A DNA stretch of 64,000 nucleotides. Origin: Candidatus Moraniibacteriota bacterium (GTDB taxonomy: Bacteria > Patescibacteriota > Minisyncoccia > Moranbacterales > UBA1568). The stretch lies in NCBI GenBank assembly GCA_023261695.1, contig JAHFON010000002.1, forward strand, positions 11,467 through 75,466. The letters are read 5' to 3'. The notes under the pieces are model-generated. The model did no database searches and was not told the origin of the DNA. It saw only the letters and a program-made list of their open reading frames with translations. The position numbers and the translations under genes are program-made. Below are positions 18,130-27,409 of this stretch, piece after piece. Every line of letters starts with the position of its first letter. Within the stretch, counting starts at the first letter, position 1.

Positions 18130-19947
18130 ATGAAAATAGTCAACCTGCTACTTTTGCTCGTGAGTGCCCTGCTCGCTTTGGTTATTATCAATGGCGGAAT
18201 TATTTACTACTTTAACAATCAAATGACGAGTGACAGCCGGGTAGTCAACTATGCCGGTATTATACGAGGGGCAACTCAGCGGGTCATCAAATTGGAATTG
18301 GCCGGAGATTACTCGCAGGCCGATGAACTGATCGCCGAATTAGATCAGATCATCAGCGGATTAAAAAACGGTGACAAGAATCTAAATTTACCTCAAGCGA
18401 GCGGTGACAAGTTTATAGCGGTTATAAATGAAGTAAGCGATACTTGGATTACTCTCAAGCAGACGCTCTATCAGACCAGACAGGATTCCGATTCAAGAAG
18501 CCGGCTTGTAGAAGAAAGTGAGGATTATTTTTATTTAACCAATCAAGCGGTAGGCGTTGCCGAAGAATTTTCTCGGAATAAAGTTACGAACTTGAAGACA
18601 GTCATTATTGTTTCCTCGATAATTTCTCTCGGTATAATTTCAGCAATGTGGGTGGTGATCAGAAGAAAAATCTTCAAGCCCCTAATCAATTTAGCCGAAA
18701 TATTGCCTAAAATAGCGGGCGGCGACTTGTCTCAAAGACTCAAGGTAGAATCAAATGACGAGTTTGGAATTCTGGCTTCTCTGTTTAATATTACGGCCAC
18801 TAAATTGCAGCAGTCGTATGAAAAAATAAAAGAGAAAACCGGCGAACTTTCCGTAAAAGTGGGGGAGCTCCAAAAATTTCAATTGGCCGTTGAGAATGCC
18901 AACGAGCACGTGATTATTACTGATGCCGACGGAAATATTTTGTACGTCAATCCCGCCGCTGAACGTATTACTGGTTATTCACGAAGAGAAAGCATCGGCG
19001 CCAGACCGTCGCTCTGGGGTAATCTGATGACAAAAGAATTTTACGCGAACCTGTGGAGGATTATAAGAGATGAAAAAAAAGTTTTCACCGGAGAAATTAC
19101 CAACCGCAGGAAATCCGGCGAGTTGTATCAGGCGATAGTGAACATCAGCCCTATTCTCGGCGCTGGCGGGGAAGTAAAATTTTTCGTCGGTCTGGAGCGC
19201 GATGTTACGCTCGAGCGCAATATTGACAAAGCCAAGACTGAGTTTGTTTCGCTCGCTTCGCATCAGTTGCGCACGCCGCTTTCCGCGATTAACTGGTATA
19301 CCGAAATGCTCTTGGCTGGAGACGCGGGCAAGATCAACGCGGTTCAGAAGAGATATTTGGAAGAAGTGTATCAGGGAGGCCAGCGGATGGTCGGGCTGGT
19401 CAATGTGTTTTTGAATGTTTCCAGAATTGAGCTGGGAACGTTTGTGATAGAACCGGAGCCGGTGAATTTGCAAGAAGCGGCTCAGATCGCGTTAAAAGAA
19501 TTGAGGCTGATTATCAGGGAGAAAAAAATAAAAGTCACCGCAACATACGACGCAAAACTGCCCAGTATACTGCTTGATCCAAAGCTCATTAATATTATTT
19601 TTCAAAACCTGCTTTCCAACGCGGTAAAATATACTCCAGCCGAAGGCGCCGTGTCACTTGAGGTGTCCCAAGATGAAAAGAATGCTATAATTAGAGTGTC
19701 GGATACGGGCTGTGGCATCCCTCGGAATCAGCAGGCCAAGATTTTTTCCAAACTCTTTCGAGCCGACAATGCGGCTTCCCAAGAAACCGAAGGGACCGGT
19801 TTGGGACTGTATATTGTGAAAGCCATTATTGACCGTTTGGGAGGAAGCATCCGATTTGAATCAGAGCAAGATAAAGGAACGACGTTTTTCGTAACCTTGC
19901 CGCTTGCGGGGATGGCCAAAAAAGAAGGAATTAAAACATTGGAATAA
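18130..19947 (+). CDS. sensor histidine kinase (TM - HAMP - PAS - HisKA - HATPase_c)
   Basis: Two TM segments, a HAMP-like linker, a PAS region, an H-box (SLASHQLRTPLSAI), and N/G boxes (SNAVKYT, GTGLGL). Confidence 0.8.
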   Translation: MKIVNLLLLLVSALLALVIINGGIIYYFNNQMTSDSRVVNYAGIIRGATQRVIKLELAGDYSQADELIAELDQIISGLKNGDKNLNLPQASGDKFIAVINEVSDTWITLKQTLYQTRQDSDSRSRLVEESEDYFYLTNQAVGVAEEFSRNKVTNLKTVIIVSSIISLGIISAMWVVIRRKIFKPLINLAEILPKIAGGDLSQRLKVESNDEFGILASLFNITATKLQQSYEKIKEKTGELSVKVGELQKFQLAVENANEHVIITDADGNILYVNPAAERITGYSRRESIGARPSLWGNLMTKEFYANLWRIIRDEKKVFTGEITNRRKSGELYQAIVNISPILGAGGEVKFFVGLERDVTLERNIDKAKTEFVSLASHQLRTPLSAINWYTEMLLAGDAGKINAVQKRYLEEVYQGGQRMVGLVNVFLNVSRIELGTFVIEPEPVNLQEAAQIALKELRLIIREKKIKVTATYDAKLPSILLDPKLINIIFQNLLSNAVKYTPAEGAVSLEVSQDEKNAIIRVSDTGCGIPRNQQAKIFSKLFRADNAASQETEGTGLGLYIVKAIIDRLGGSIRFESEQDKGTTFFVTLPLAGMAKKEGIKTLE

Positions 19948-19986
19948 TCACTAGCCACTTATGTTTTAGCAATTGAAAATTTATCT

Positions 19987-20376
19987 ATGACCAAAAAAAG
20001 CCAAACAATTTTAATCGTGGAAGACGAAAAGCCTCTCATCCGCGCCCTGTGTGATAAATTTCGCCACGAAGGTTTTAACGTGCTGGAGGCAAGAAACGGA
20101 GCAGAAGGGTTGGAAGTCGCTCTGCGCGAACATCCGGATTTGATCCTGTTGGATATTATAATGCCGGTGATGGATGGTGTTTCTATGTTCAAAAAATTAC
20201 GCGAGGACGAATGGGGTAAAAGTGTTCCGGTGATTATGTTAACGAACTTGATTTATAACGAGAAAATCGCCGAGGCTATTATGCAGGGCAGTCATGAATA
20301 TCTGGTAAAATCTGATTTTAAGCTAGAGGATGTGGTGGCAAAAGTCAGAGAGCGGCTAGCAATGCCTCATAATTGA
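19987..20376 (+). CDS. response regulator, receiver domain only (CheY-like)
   Basis: ILIVEDE...D(54)-type motif LLDIIMPVMDG and the conserved K. 129 aa. Confidence 0.8.
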   Translation: MTKKSQTILIVEDEKPLIRALCDKFRHEGFNVLEARNGAEGLEVALREHPDLILLDIIMPVMDGVSMFKKLREDEWGKSVPVIMLTNLIYNEKIAEAIMQGSHEYLVKSDFKLEDVVAKVRERLAMPHN

Positions 20377-20539
20377 GACCCGGACGGTTTCGAACAAATT
20401 GCTCTCTCATTATTTTTTGTGGTAAGCGAAGTTTTTTCCAGCGCTAAAACAACCCAATCAAAAATCCGAACTGATTTTGCGACCGATTGACTCGGCGGGC
20501 GGAATACAAATGCGAGCATACGGAGCACGCATAAAAGTT

Positions 20540-20588
20540 CTTTATAAAAAGAATGAGCCCATCAGCGGTCCGAAGACATGATGGGCTC
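20540..20588 (-). terminator. rho-independent terminator for the 144-aa zinc-ribbon gene
   Basis: A 9-bp stem gagcccatc/gatgggctc followed, on the minus strand, by a T-run. Confidence 0.5.
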
Positions 20589-20611
20589 GTTGGTGACGTT
20601 CGGTGTCTCGC

Positions 20612-21046
20612 TTAGGCGTAAACCGGAGCGCCGTGGAAATCCGGCTCCTTCTCGCAGTTCGGACAGTATAGAGCCGTCTCGTACCGGCACTCGCCGAGTC
20701 TGGCGTCAGGCATCTCGCGCAGGTGAACAGGATGCCCCACCAATCTGCCGAGAATTGCCCCACCGCAGCCCTTGCATTTGTAAGCTTCGCCGTCCTTGAC
20801 GTAGTTGTCCATATTTCCGGGCGCGCGCTTCTCGCTGTCTGGCTTCTCTTTCGCCGACGGCTTGCCGTCGACGATCTGTCCGTCGAAAACGAGAAACCGC
20901 TCGTTATTGTCGTCCGGCCAGAGGCGGGCGATAGCTTCTCTGACTGCCTTGTCGTCCCCATATGGACCGTAGATGGAGCTGATAAGCGAGTAGTCGCCAT
21001 CACGGCCTTTGTTGTAGCGAAAACCAAGCGGGATGAAGAACTTCAT
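20612..21046 (-). CDS. hypothetical protein with C-terminal CxxC...CxxC zinc-ribbon; GC-rich (~58%) gene in a 40% GC background
   Basis: Strong RBS aaggaggaaaagcaaATG. Cys pairs CKGC...CPNC. Competing ORFs in other frames lack an RBS. Confidence 0.5.
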   Translation of the reverse strand: MKFFIPLGFRYNKGRDGDYSLISSIYGPYGDDKAVREAIARLWPDDNNERFLVFDGQIVDGKPSAKEKPDSEKRAPGNMDNYVKDGEAYKCKGCGGAILGRLVGHPVHLREMPDARLGECRYETALYCPNCEKEPDFHGAPVYA

Positions 21047-21301
21047 TTGCTTTTCCTCCTTCTTAATGAACTGGTTGACTGCATCAAACCACCGCGGCTT
21101 GATTTCGCACCATCATAACATTACTAACCTAATACATCAAGAAGCCGCAGTAATCCCTCGCGCCCCCCTTGAACGTGATGGAATAACGCCGTCATTGAGA
21201 GGCCTCCACGAGCTCGCAGAGGTACGGAGCAAGCCGTAACCGCATACGCGGTGTTATATGATGTTTGGGTTCGAACAAAGGAACTATCTAACAGCATCCA
21301 T

Positions 21302-21943
21302 TTATGCCTCGAAGCGTTTTTCAATAAGGGAGATCAATTCATCGTAAAAGGATAATAAAAAAGTATTCCATTCCATTTTGTCTCGGTCTTTCTTGACCGC
21401 TTTGATGATGTCAAAGCCAAAGTAGGCGTGACGTTTTTGTGCTAATTCCTTTTCTACGATCAGCTCATATAAATTTGGTGAAATTTTGTCGACCGAATGG
21501 GCAAACTTTGCTTCGTTGGAATTGTTGTTGTTAAATTCCTTGTAAAGAGGGTGATAGTTTTTATTGAGCTGATGCAGCGCCGCCTCGTCTTCATTTTTTA
21601 TTTCTTTGGTCGTTTTGTTCCGTTTCACGGTTAATACGTCGCCAACTTTAGTTTCTCCAATATCGTGGACTGCGAGCATAGTAAGTACCTTTCCAATATC
21701 TATATTTTCATTGAGATAAGGATAAAGAAAGGTGGCTATAACTGGAAGCGCTCCAATATGATCAATAAGTGACTCACGTAAAATTTTACTGCCCGGCGGT
21801 GCCGTCGTTTGAGTTACTCTCGATGGAGCATAGGGGCCCCGATAAACGTTGGAATACCGAATAAGAAGATCTAATAGATTGGATAGTTCCGTTGATATTT
21901 TATTTGTTTTCATACCTTCTGAATAAAAGAGTGTTCGAACCAA
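21302..21943 (-). CDS. HD domain phosphohydrolase (YfbR-like 5'-deoxynucleotidase family)
   Basis: H...HD motif (LAVHDIGE) and an N-terminal region resembling YfbR. The start may be the internal Met at about 21913. Confidence 0.6.
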   Translation of the reverse strand: MVRTLFYSEGMKTNKISTELSNLLDLLIRYSNVYRGPYAPSRVTQTTAPPGSKILRESLIDHIGALPVIATFLYPYLNENIDIGKVLTMLAVHDIGETKVGDVLTVKRNKTTKEIKNEDEAALHQLNKNYHPLYKEFNNNNSNEAKFAHSVDKISPNLYELIVEKELAQKRHAYFGFDIIKAVKKDRDKMEWNTFLLSFYDELISLIEKRFEA

Positions 21944-22072
21944 AATTTCGCATAACGTTTATGTATCATCCGAAGTTTTTGTTTCTCCTCCTTGATATAT
22001 AAAAAGAAAAGGGAAACAAAAATTTTAGAAAGGGGCTGTCCGTTGGTTGGACAGCCATGAAGGGGTTGCTTG

Positions 22073-22306
22073 TTAAGCGGCGAGTTTCAGAGGAATCTCC
22101 TCGAAACATGTTTCTTCAATCTCATCATCGGGATCGGGCGGATAATCGCAACTTGGCTCAATATGAGTTTTGAAAACGATCAGTTGGTGGTTATCGTACA
22201 GATGAACTGACCCCTCATAATATTCGCCAGGCTCGATATATCTGCAACATCGATCGCACCAATGTTGCGTTTGTGCAACGTGTCTATACGTGCGCAGTAT
22301 ACGCAT
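22073..22306 (-). CDS. hypothetical Cys-rich small protein (77 aa)
   Basis: Strong RBS aacaggaggtgaaacATG. Downstream terminator hairpin ggctgtcc..ggacagcc. Motifs CDRCC, CDY. Confidence 0.45.
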   Translation of the reverse strand: MRILRTYRHVAQTQHWCDRCCRYIEPGEYYEGSVHLYDNHQLIVFKTHIEPSCDYPPDPDDEIEETCFEEIPLKLAA

Positions 22307-22536
22307 GTTTCACCTCCTGTTTTTTTGTAGGCCCCTTTCTAAAATTTTTATTTAAAAGAGCAATATTTCCGATAATGTATCCGAGTATACGAAGTTCGCT
22401 TTTCTGATTTATTGATTGTTATTTGAATTATCTAATTACTATTTTAGCTGATTTTAGCTTAAATTACCACTAAACAGAGAAAAACGAATTTACCTGCCGG
22501 CAGGTAGCGGGCGAGCCAATGAACCCATTTCCTAAC

Positions 22537-22626
22537 TGGCGGAAGCGGGAGGATTCGAACCTCCGATACCCTTGCGAGCATACCGCATTTCGAGTGCGGC
22601 CCATTCAACCTCTCTGGCACGCTTCC
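22537..22626 (-). tRNA. tRNA-Ser (anticodon CGA) with encoded CCA
   Basis: Hand-folded. Acceptor GGAAGCG/CGCTTCC + G + CCA. Anticodon stem CCGCA/TGCGG with loop CTCGAAA. Long variable arm. Followed by a perfect 16-nt palindrome tacctgccggcaggta that serves as a terminator. Confidence 0.8.
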
Positions 22627-22676
22627 AAATTTTCTGTATATTATTTTTTCAAATGACCAAATTGTTCTTTAATCTA

Positions 22677-22694
22677 TCTCTCTGGCACGCTTCC
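22677..22694. repeat. 18-nt direct duplicate of the 5' end of tRNA-Ser (ctctctggcacgcttcca) about 50 nt upstream of the tRNA
   Basis: Exact match to 22610-22627. Confidence 0.5.
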
Positions 22695-22807
22695 ATTCTT
22701 TTGTTGTACAGGAAAATGGTTAGGGAATCAATCTTGTGTAAGGCTAAACTGTTTTGACGCGGGGACATCCGGTGGTATACTGAAAATATAATTTTTATTT
22801 AAGCTAT

Positions 22808-23446
22808 ATGAAAAAAAACCTGCTGATTGTGCTGGTGCTGATTATTCTGGCGCTGGTTATCGGGTGGTATCTGGTCAAAAGTCGGAACACGGCGCCTGTC
22901 TCGGTCATGGAAACCGGCAAAGATATCGTGAATACCAATGAAGCGCCGCCGTCTGCCGGAGGGGCGAGTGGCGTGATTGGTTCTATCAAGGATGCCATGG
23001 GACTTGGGAAAAAGATGAAGTGCGCTTATTCTGGGAAAGACGGAGGAACCACTTCCACGGTATTTGTGGATGGCCAAAAATTCAAATTCGTTTCAGAAAT
23101 GAACGGAGAGAAATTGTACGGTCTTTTTGACGGGGAAACACAATATACCTGGACGGCCGGCGCGCAGAAGCAGGGCTGGAAAATGACTAAATCTTGTATG
23201 GATGAACTGGGGACGCTCTCCGCGCGGGAAACACAAAGCGCCGGTAATGATACCGCGCCGCAGGACTACCAGAAATCTTTTGATGCCGCGCAAAACGTGC
23301 GGTGCGAAGCCGCAGCGGGAGAAGACTTCTCCGTGCCGGCGGATATTGTTTTTGCCGATCAATGCGCAATGCTCAAAAACAGCATGAAGAGTTTGCAAAA
23401 CATTAAGGGACAGCTTCCGTCCGGCGTGAATATCCCGGGATATTAG
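22808..23446 (+). CDS. hypothetical secreted/membrane-anchored protein
   Basis: N-terminal signal/TM (LLIVLVLIILALVIGWYLV). Confidence 0.45.
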   Translation: MKKNLLIVLVLIILALVIGWYLVKSRNTAPVSVMETGKDIVNTNEAPPSAGGASGVIGSIKDAMGLGKKMKCAYSGKDGGTTSTVFVDGQKFKFVSEMNGEKLYGLFDGETQYTWTAGAQKQGWKMTKSCMDELGTLSARETQSAGNDTAPQDYQKSFDAAQNVRCEAAAGEDFSVPADIVFADQCAMLKNSMKSLQNIKGQLPSGVNIPGY

Positions 23447-23510
23447 ATATCTTGCGAATTTTTGTTGTATAATATATATGTTTGCGCATAAAATTTTTTA
23501 AATATATTTT

Positions 23511-24056
23511 ATGGACACGCCATCGGCTCTGACGTTTGCCGACCCATCCGCTATCGTAGATCAGTTGGATATAGAATTGAAAAGCCAGGTCGCCGACTTT
23601 GGTTGCGGTTCGGGATTTTTTTCTTTTGAATTCGCGAAACGCGTGGGAGCGGAAGGGGTGGTGCACGCTTTTGATATTCTGCCATCGGCGCTGGAAGCGG
23701 TAGCCAGCCGCGCAAAAATTCTTAATCTGTCCAATATTGTCACCAAACGAGTGAATCTGGAAAAGGAGGGCGGGTCGGGACTCGCTTTGCAAAGTATGGA
23801 TTGGGTTGTGATCAAAGACGTTTTGTTTCAAAACAAAAACAAAAAACTGATTCTGGAAGAAGCGGCGCGTATTTTGAAGTCTGGAGGGCATGCTATCCTA
23901 ATGGAATGGGATCCTCGGAAATCTCTTGTTGGTCCGGACGCAGGATTGCGGGTGACTCCGGAACAATTGCGTACGCTGGTGGAAGCCGCCAATTTGGCCG
24001 TGGAGAAAGAGTTAAATGTAGGGGGGTTTCATTATGCTTTTCTGGTAAAAAAATAA
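23511..24056 (+). CDS. class I SAM-dependent methyltransferase
   Basis: Motif I VADFGCGSGFFS. 181 aa. Confidence 0.7.
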   Translation: MDTPSALTFADPSAIVDQLDIELKSQVADFGCGSGFFSFEFAKRVGAEGVVHAFDILPSALEAVASRAKILNLSNIVTKRVNLEKEGGSGLALQSMDWVVIKDVLFQNKNKKLILEEAARILKSGGHAILMEWDPRKSLVGPDAGLRVTPEQLRTLVEAANLAVEKELNVGGFHYAFLVKK

Positions 24057-24094
24057 TTATTACTGCGCTCAAGCGTGTAAGCCCAGAATCTTTT

Positions 24095-25513
24095 ATGTCT
24101 ATCAAATTTTTTTTTCGTAAGAGATTCTTTTTTTTGATAGGGGTTGTTTTCGCGACCATGTCGCTTTCCGGTTGTATTTTCAAGCAAACCGCTCCAGAAC
24201 AATACAAAGTTAATTTGGAAGTGTGGGGGGTTTTTGATGACAGTGATGCTTACGCGGATGTTTTTAACCAGTACCGAAAAATCAATCCGTATATTGGAGA
24301 GATTAATTACCGCAAGCTTCCGCTGGAAACCTATAAAGACGACATTTTGAACGCTCTGGCGGCCGGCAAAGGGCCGGATATTTTTATGATTCGCAACGCG
24401 TGGCGCGGTTCTTTTGAAGACAAAATCGCGCCGGCGCCGGAATATCTGCTGACGGAAAAGCAGTATCGGGATGTGTTTGTGGACGTGGTGGCGGAAGATT
24501 TTATCGGCAATGGCAAGATATACGGCGCGCCGCTGTCCGCTGATTCTCTGGCGCTCTATTACAATAAAGATCTGTTCAACGCGGCGGGCATCGTGAATCC
24601 GCCGACCACTTGGGATGAGCTTCTTGGTGATATTTCAAAACTGAATAGGGTTGACCAGTTTGGTAATGTCGTTCAATCGGCTGTGGCGCTCGGTACGGCG
24701 TATAATATCAATCGTTCTATGGATCTTCTCACCGTATTGATGTTTCAAATGGGGTCATCTATTTTGCCGCCCGGGCAGAAACGCGTTGAACTGACCGATG
24801 AAAACAGCCGCAAAGCTCTGGAATTTTACACTCAATTTTCACGTATCAACTCCAATACCTATACATGGAATCCGAGCCTGCATTATTCTATCGATAGTTT
24901 TTATGAAGGGACGCTGGGTATGATGATAGATTATTCTTGGCATTTTGCCACTGTCAAACAAAAAAACTCCAAGCTGAATTTTGCCGTGGCGCCTCTGCCG
25001 CAATTTTCTGACGGTAAACCTGTGAACTTTGCCAATTATTGGGGATTCGCGGTAGCTAAAAATAAAGTTGCAGAAGATAAGCCGGGGCAGGCGGCGCCAC
25101 AGGGAGCGGTGAAACCAGATTTAGAAAAACAAAATTATTTGCGTATTCACGAGGCTTGGCAATTTTTGAATTATCTGACCTTGCCGCATCCCGACAACAA
25201 AATAACTTTACAAAACGGCATTGCCGGTACTACCAAGGAATTTACTTTGAGTTTTGATCCGGCGAAAAAATACCTGGAAAAAACTGACAAACCGGCGGCG
25301 CGCCGCGATTTGATAGAAGAACAGAAAAATGACGTCAGGCTGGCGCCTTTCGCGACGGGAAACCTGATCGCGAAAAATTGGTATCAGGGAAATATGGAAT
25401 TGGTGGAGGCAATTTTCGCGGAAATGATTGACAGCGTGAATAAAGGCGAGAAAAGTGTTTACGACGCTCTTACGATCACTACCAATCGCGTCAATGTGTT
25501 GACAAAGCAGTAA
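24095..25513 (+). CDS. ABC transporter substrate-binding lipoprotein (extracellular solute-binding family 1, sugar-type)
   Basis: Lipobox LSGC after a signal peptide. SBP_bac_1-like length and composition. The track ORF starts at 23801, but it overlaps the upstream MTase, and the Met at 24095 followed by a signal peptide is the likely start. Confidence 0.65.
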   Translation: MSIKFFFRKRFFFLIGVVFATMSLSGCIFKQTAPEQYKVNLEVWGVFDDSDAYADVFNQYRKINPYIGEINYRKLPLETYKDDILNALAAGKGPDIFMIRNAWRGSFEDKIAPAPEYLLTEKQYRDVFVDVVAEDFIGNGKIYGAPLSADSLALYYNKDLFNAAGIVNPPTTWDELLGDISKLNRVDQFGNVVQSAVALGTAYNINRSMDLLTVLMFQMGSSILPPGQKRVELTDENSRKALEFYTQFSRINSNTYTWNPSLHYSIDSFYEGTLGMMIDYSWHFATVKQKNSKLNFAVAPLPQFSDGKPVNFANYWGFAVAKNKVAEDKPGQAAPQGAVKPDLEKQNYLRIHEAWQFLNYLTLPHPDNKITLQNGIAGTTKEFTLSFDPAKKYLEKTDKPAARRDLIEEQKNDVRLAPFATGNLIAKNWYQGNMELVEAIFAEMIDSVNKGEKSVYDALTITTNRVNVLTKQ

Positions 25514-25582
25514 CAACCAGATACACTGCGGAAGTGTTTTAAGGCGTGGCCACGCCTTTTTTTCAATGAACTTTTTATTTTT

Positions 25583-27370
25583 ATGGAGATTAGAAATATC
25601 GCCATCATTGCGCACGTGGATCACGGCAAAACTACTTTGACCGATGCTTTGATGCGCCAGACGGGAATGGTGACGGCCGCCGGTGTTTCTATGGATTCCA
25701 ACGCTCTGGAGCAGGAGCGCGGTATCACGATTTATGCCAAGAACGCCGCCTTGTTGTGGAAAGATACGAAAATCAATATCGTGGACACACCTGGGCACTC
25801 CGATTTCGGTTCGGAAGTGGAGCGCGTTTTGCGTTCCATTGACAGTGTGATATTGGTGGTGGACGCTCAGGAAGGGCCGATGCCGCAGACGCGTTTCGTT
25901 TTGAAAAAATCTTTGGAATTGGGTTTGAAGCCGATCGTGGTTTTGAACAAAATTGACAAGCCGGCCGCGCGTCCGAAGGAAGTGCAGGAAATGGTGTATG
26001 AATTATTTCTTGATTTAGGCGCGAGCGATGAGCAACTGGACTTCGCGCTCGTCTATGCTATCGCCCGCGAGGGCATAGCCAAACTTTCTTTAGAAGATGA
26101 TAGTAGCGATTTGGCGCCTCTTTTGGATACTATCTTGAAAAAAGTGCCGGCCGCGCTGTCGGATACAACCAAGCCTTTACGCGCCCAGCCGTTCAATTTG
26201 GGTTACGACAATTTTGTCGGCCGGTTGGCGGTCGCGCGCGTTTATGAAGGCGCGCTCAAGATCAACGATGCCGTGCTGATGAGAAACATTCATGGTAAAA
26301 ATGAAACTGGTCGTGTCGTGAAATTATTTACCTTTCGCGGTTTGGAACGTGTGGCGGTGGACGAAGTTACGGCGGGCGATATCGTGATGATTGCCGGTCT
26401 GGCCAAAATTGAAATCGGCGACACAATTTGCGCGAGTGCCGATCAGGAATTATTGCCGGCCATCGCCATTGATGAACCGACCATCTCTTTGAATTTTCTG
26501 GTCAACGATTCGCCATTCGCCGGACGCGAGGGCAAGTTTGTCACCAATAAACAATTGCGCGAGCGGTTGGAAAAAGAGCTGGAAATCAACGTGGGTTTGA
26601 AGATAGAGTTTTCGGACGATCATTATAAAGTCTACGGCCGCGGAGAATTGCACGTGGCGATTCTTTTGGAAAATATGCGCCGCGAAGGTTACGAAGTGCA
26701 AGTTTCCCAGCCGCAGGTTATCATTAAAGATGTGGACGGCGTGAAGTCGGAGCCGTTTGAAGAAGTGACGGTGGAATGCCCGATGGCGGTTTCCGGTACA
26801 GTGATTGAAAAAATGGGCAAACGCAAGGGGATTATGACGGAAATGAAAGAGGGGTCGGGAGGTTTTACACGGCTGATTTTTGAAGCGCCGACGCGCGGAT
26901 TGTTGGGGTATCGCGGAGAATTTACGGTGGATACGCGCGGTGAAGGTGTTCTCTACACTCGGGTGATCGGTTTCAGACCTCATGTCGGTGTCATCAAGAA
27001 GCGCGACGAAGGTTCAATGGTATCCATGGCCACCGGTAAGGCGCTGGCTTTTTCTCTCAACAATTTGCAATCGCGCGGTACGCTGTACATTGCTCCGTCC
27101 ACGGAAGTCTATGAAGGTATGGTGGTGGGTAACGTGACCAAGGGCACTGATATGGCCGTCAACCCGATCAAGGGGAAAGCTATGAGCAATATGCGTTCTT
27201 CCGGCGCGGATGAGGCTATCAAACTCACGCCGCCCATTGAAGTATCCATTGAACGCGGGTTGGAAATTATTTTGGCTGATGAATATTTGGAGGTGACACC
27301 CAAAAGCGTGCGTTTGCGCAAGCAGTATTTGACTGAAACCGAGCGCGTGCGGTACGCGAGAAAAAAATAA
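25583..27370 (+). CDS. typA: translational GTPase TypA/BipA
   Basis: IAIIAHVDHGKTTLTD and DTPGHSDF. 595 aa with an EF-G-like domain arrangement. Confidence 0.9.
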   Translation: MEIRNIAIIAHVDHGKTTLTDALMRQTGMVTAAGVSMDSNALEQERGITIYAKNAALLWKDTKINIVDTPGHSDFGSEVERVLRSIDSVILVVDAQEGPMPQTRFVLKKSLELGLKPIVVLNKIDKPAARPKEVQEMVYELFLDLGASDEQLDFALVYAIAREGIAKLSLEDDSSDLAPLLDTILKKVPAALSDTTKPLRAQPFNLGYDNFVGRLAVARVYEGALKINDAVLMRNIHGKNETGRVVKLFTFRGLERVAVDEVTAGDIVMIAGLAKIEIGDTICASADQELLPAIAIDEPTISLNFLVNDSPFAGREGKFVTNKQLRERLEKELEINVGLKIEFSDDHYKVYGRGELHVAILLENMRREGYEVQVSQPQVIIKDVDGVKSEPFEEVTVECPMAVSGTVIEKMGKRKGIMTEMKEGSGGFTRLIFEAPTRGLLGYRGEFTVDTRGEGVLYTRVIGFRPHVGVIKKRDEGSMVSMATGKALAFSLNNLQSRGTLYIAPSTEVYEGMVVGNVTKGTDMAVNPIKGKAMSNMRSSGADEAIKLTPPIEVSIERGLEIILADEYLEVTPKSVRLRKQYLTETERVRYARKK

Positions 27371-27409
27371 ACTTCAGAAAAAAGCTAAAGCGTCTCACGG
27401 GAGGCGTTT

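Noticed and set aside
20542-21118. 161-aa minus-strand and 131-aa plus-strand ORFs overlapping the 144-aa zinc-ribbon gene
   Set aside because: These are high-GC frame artefacts. Only the 144-aa frame has a Shine-Dalgarno and a balanced amino-acid composition.
23801-24094. N-terminal 98 codons of the 570-aa ORF
   Set aside because: This part overlaps the upstream methyltransferase in another frame. The Met at 24095 followed by a lipoprotein signal peptide is the plausible start.
25208-25798. 196-aa minus-strand ORF spanning the SBP/typA junction
   Set aside because: Overlaps two well-supported plus-strand genes. His/Arg-rich antisense composition.
26450-26983. 177-aa minus ORF inside typA
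   Set aside because: Antisense to a high-confidence gene.
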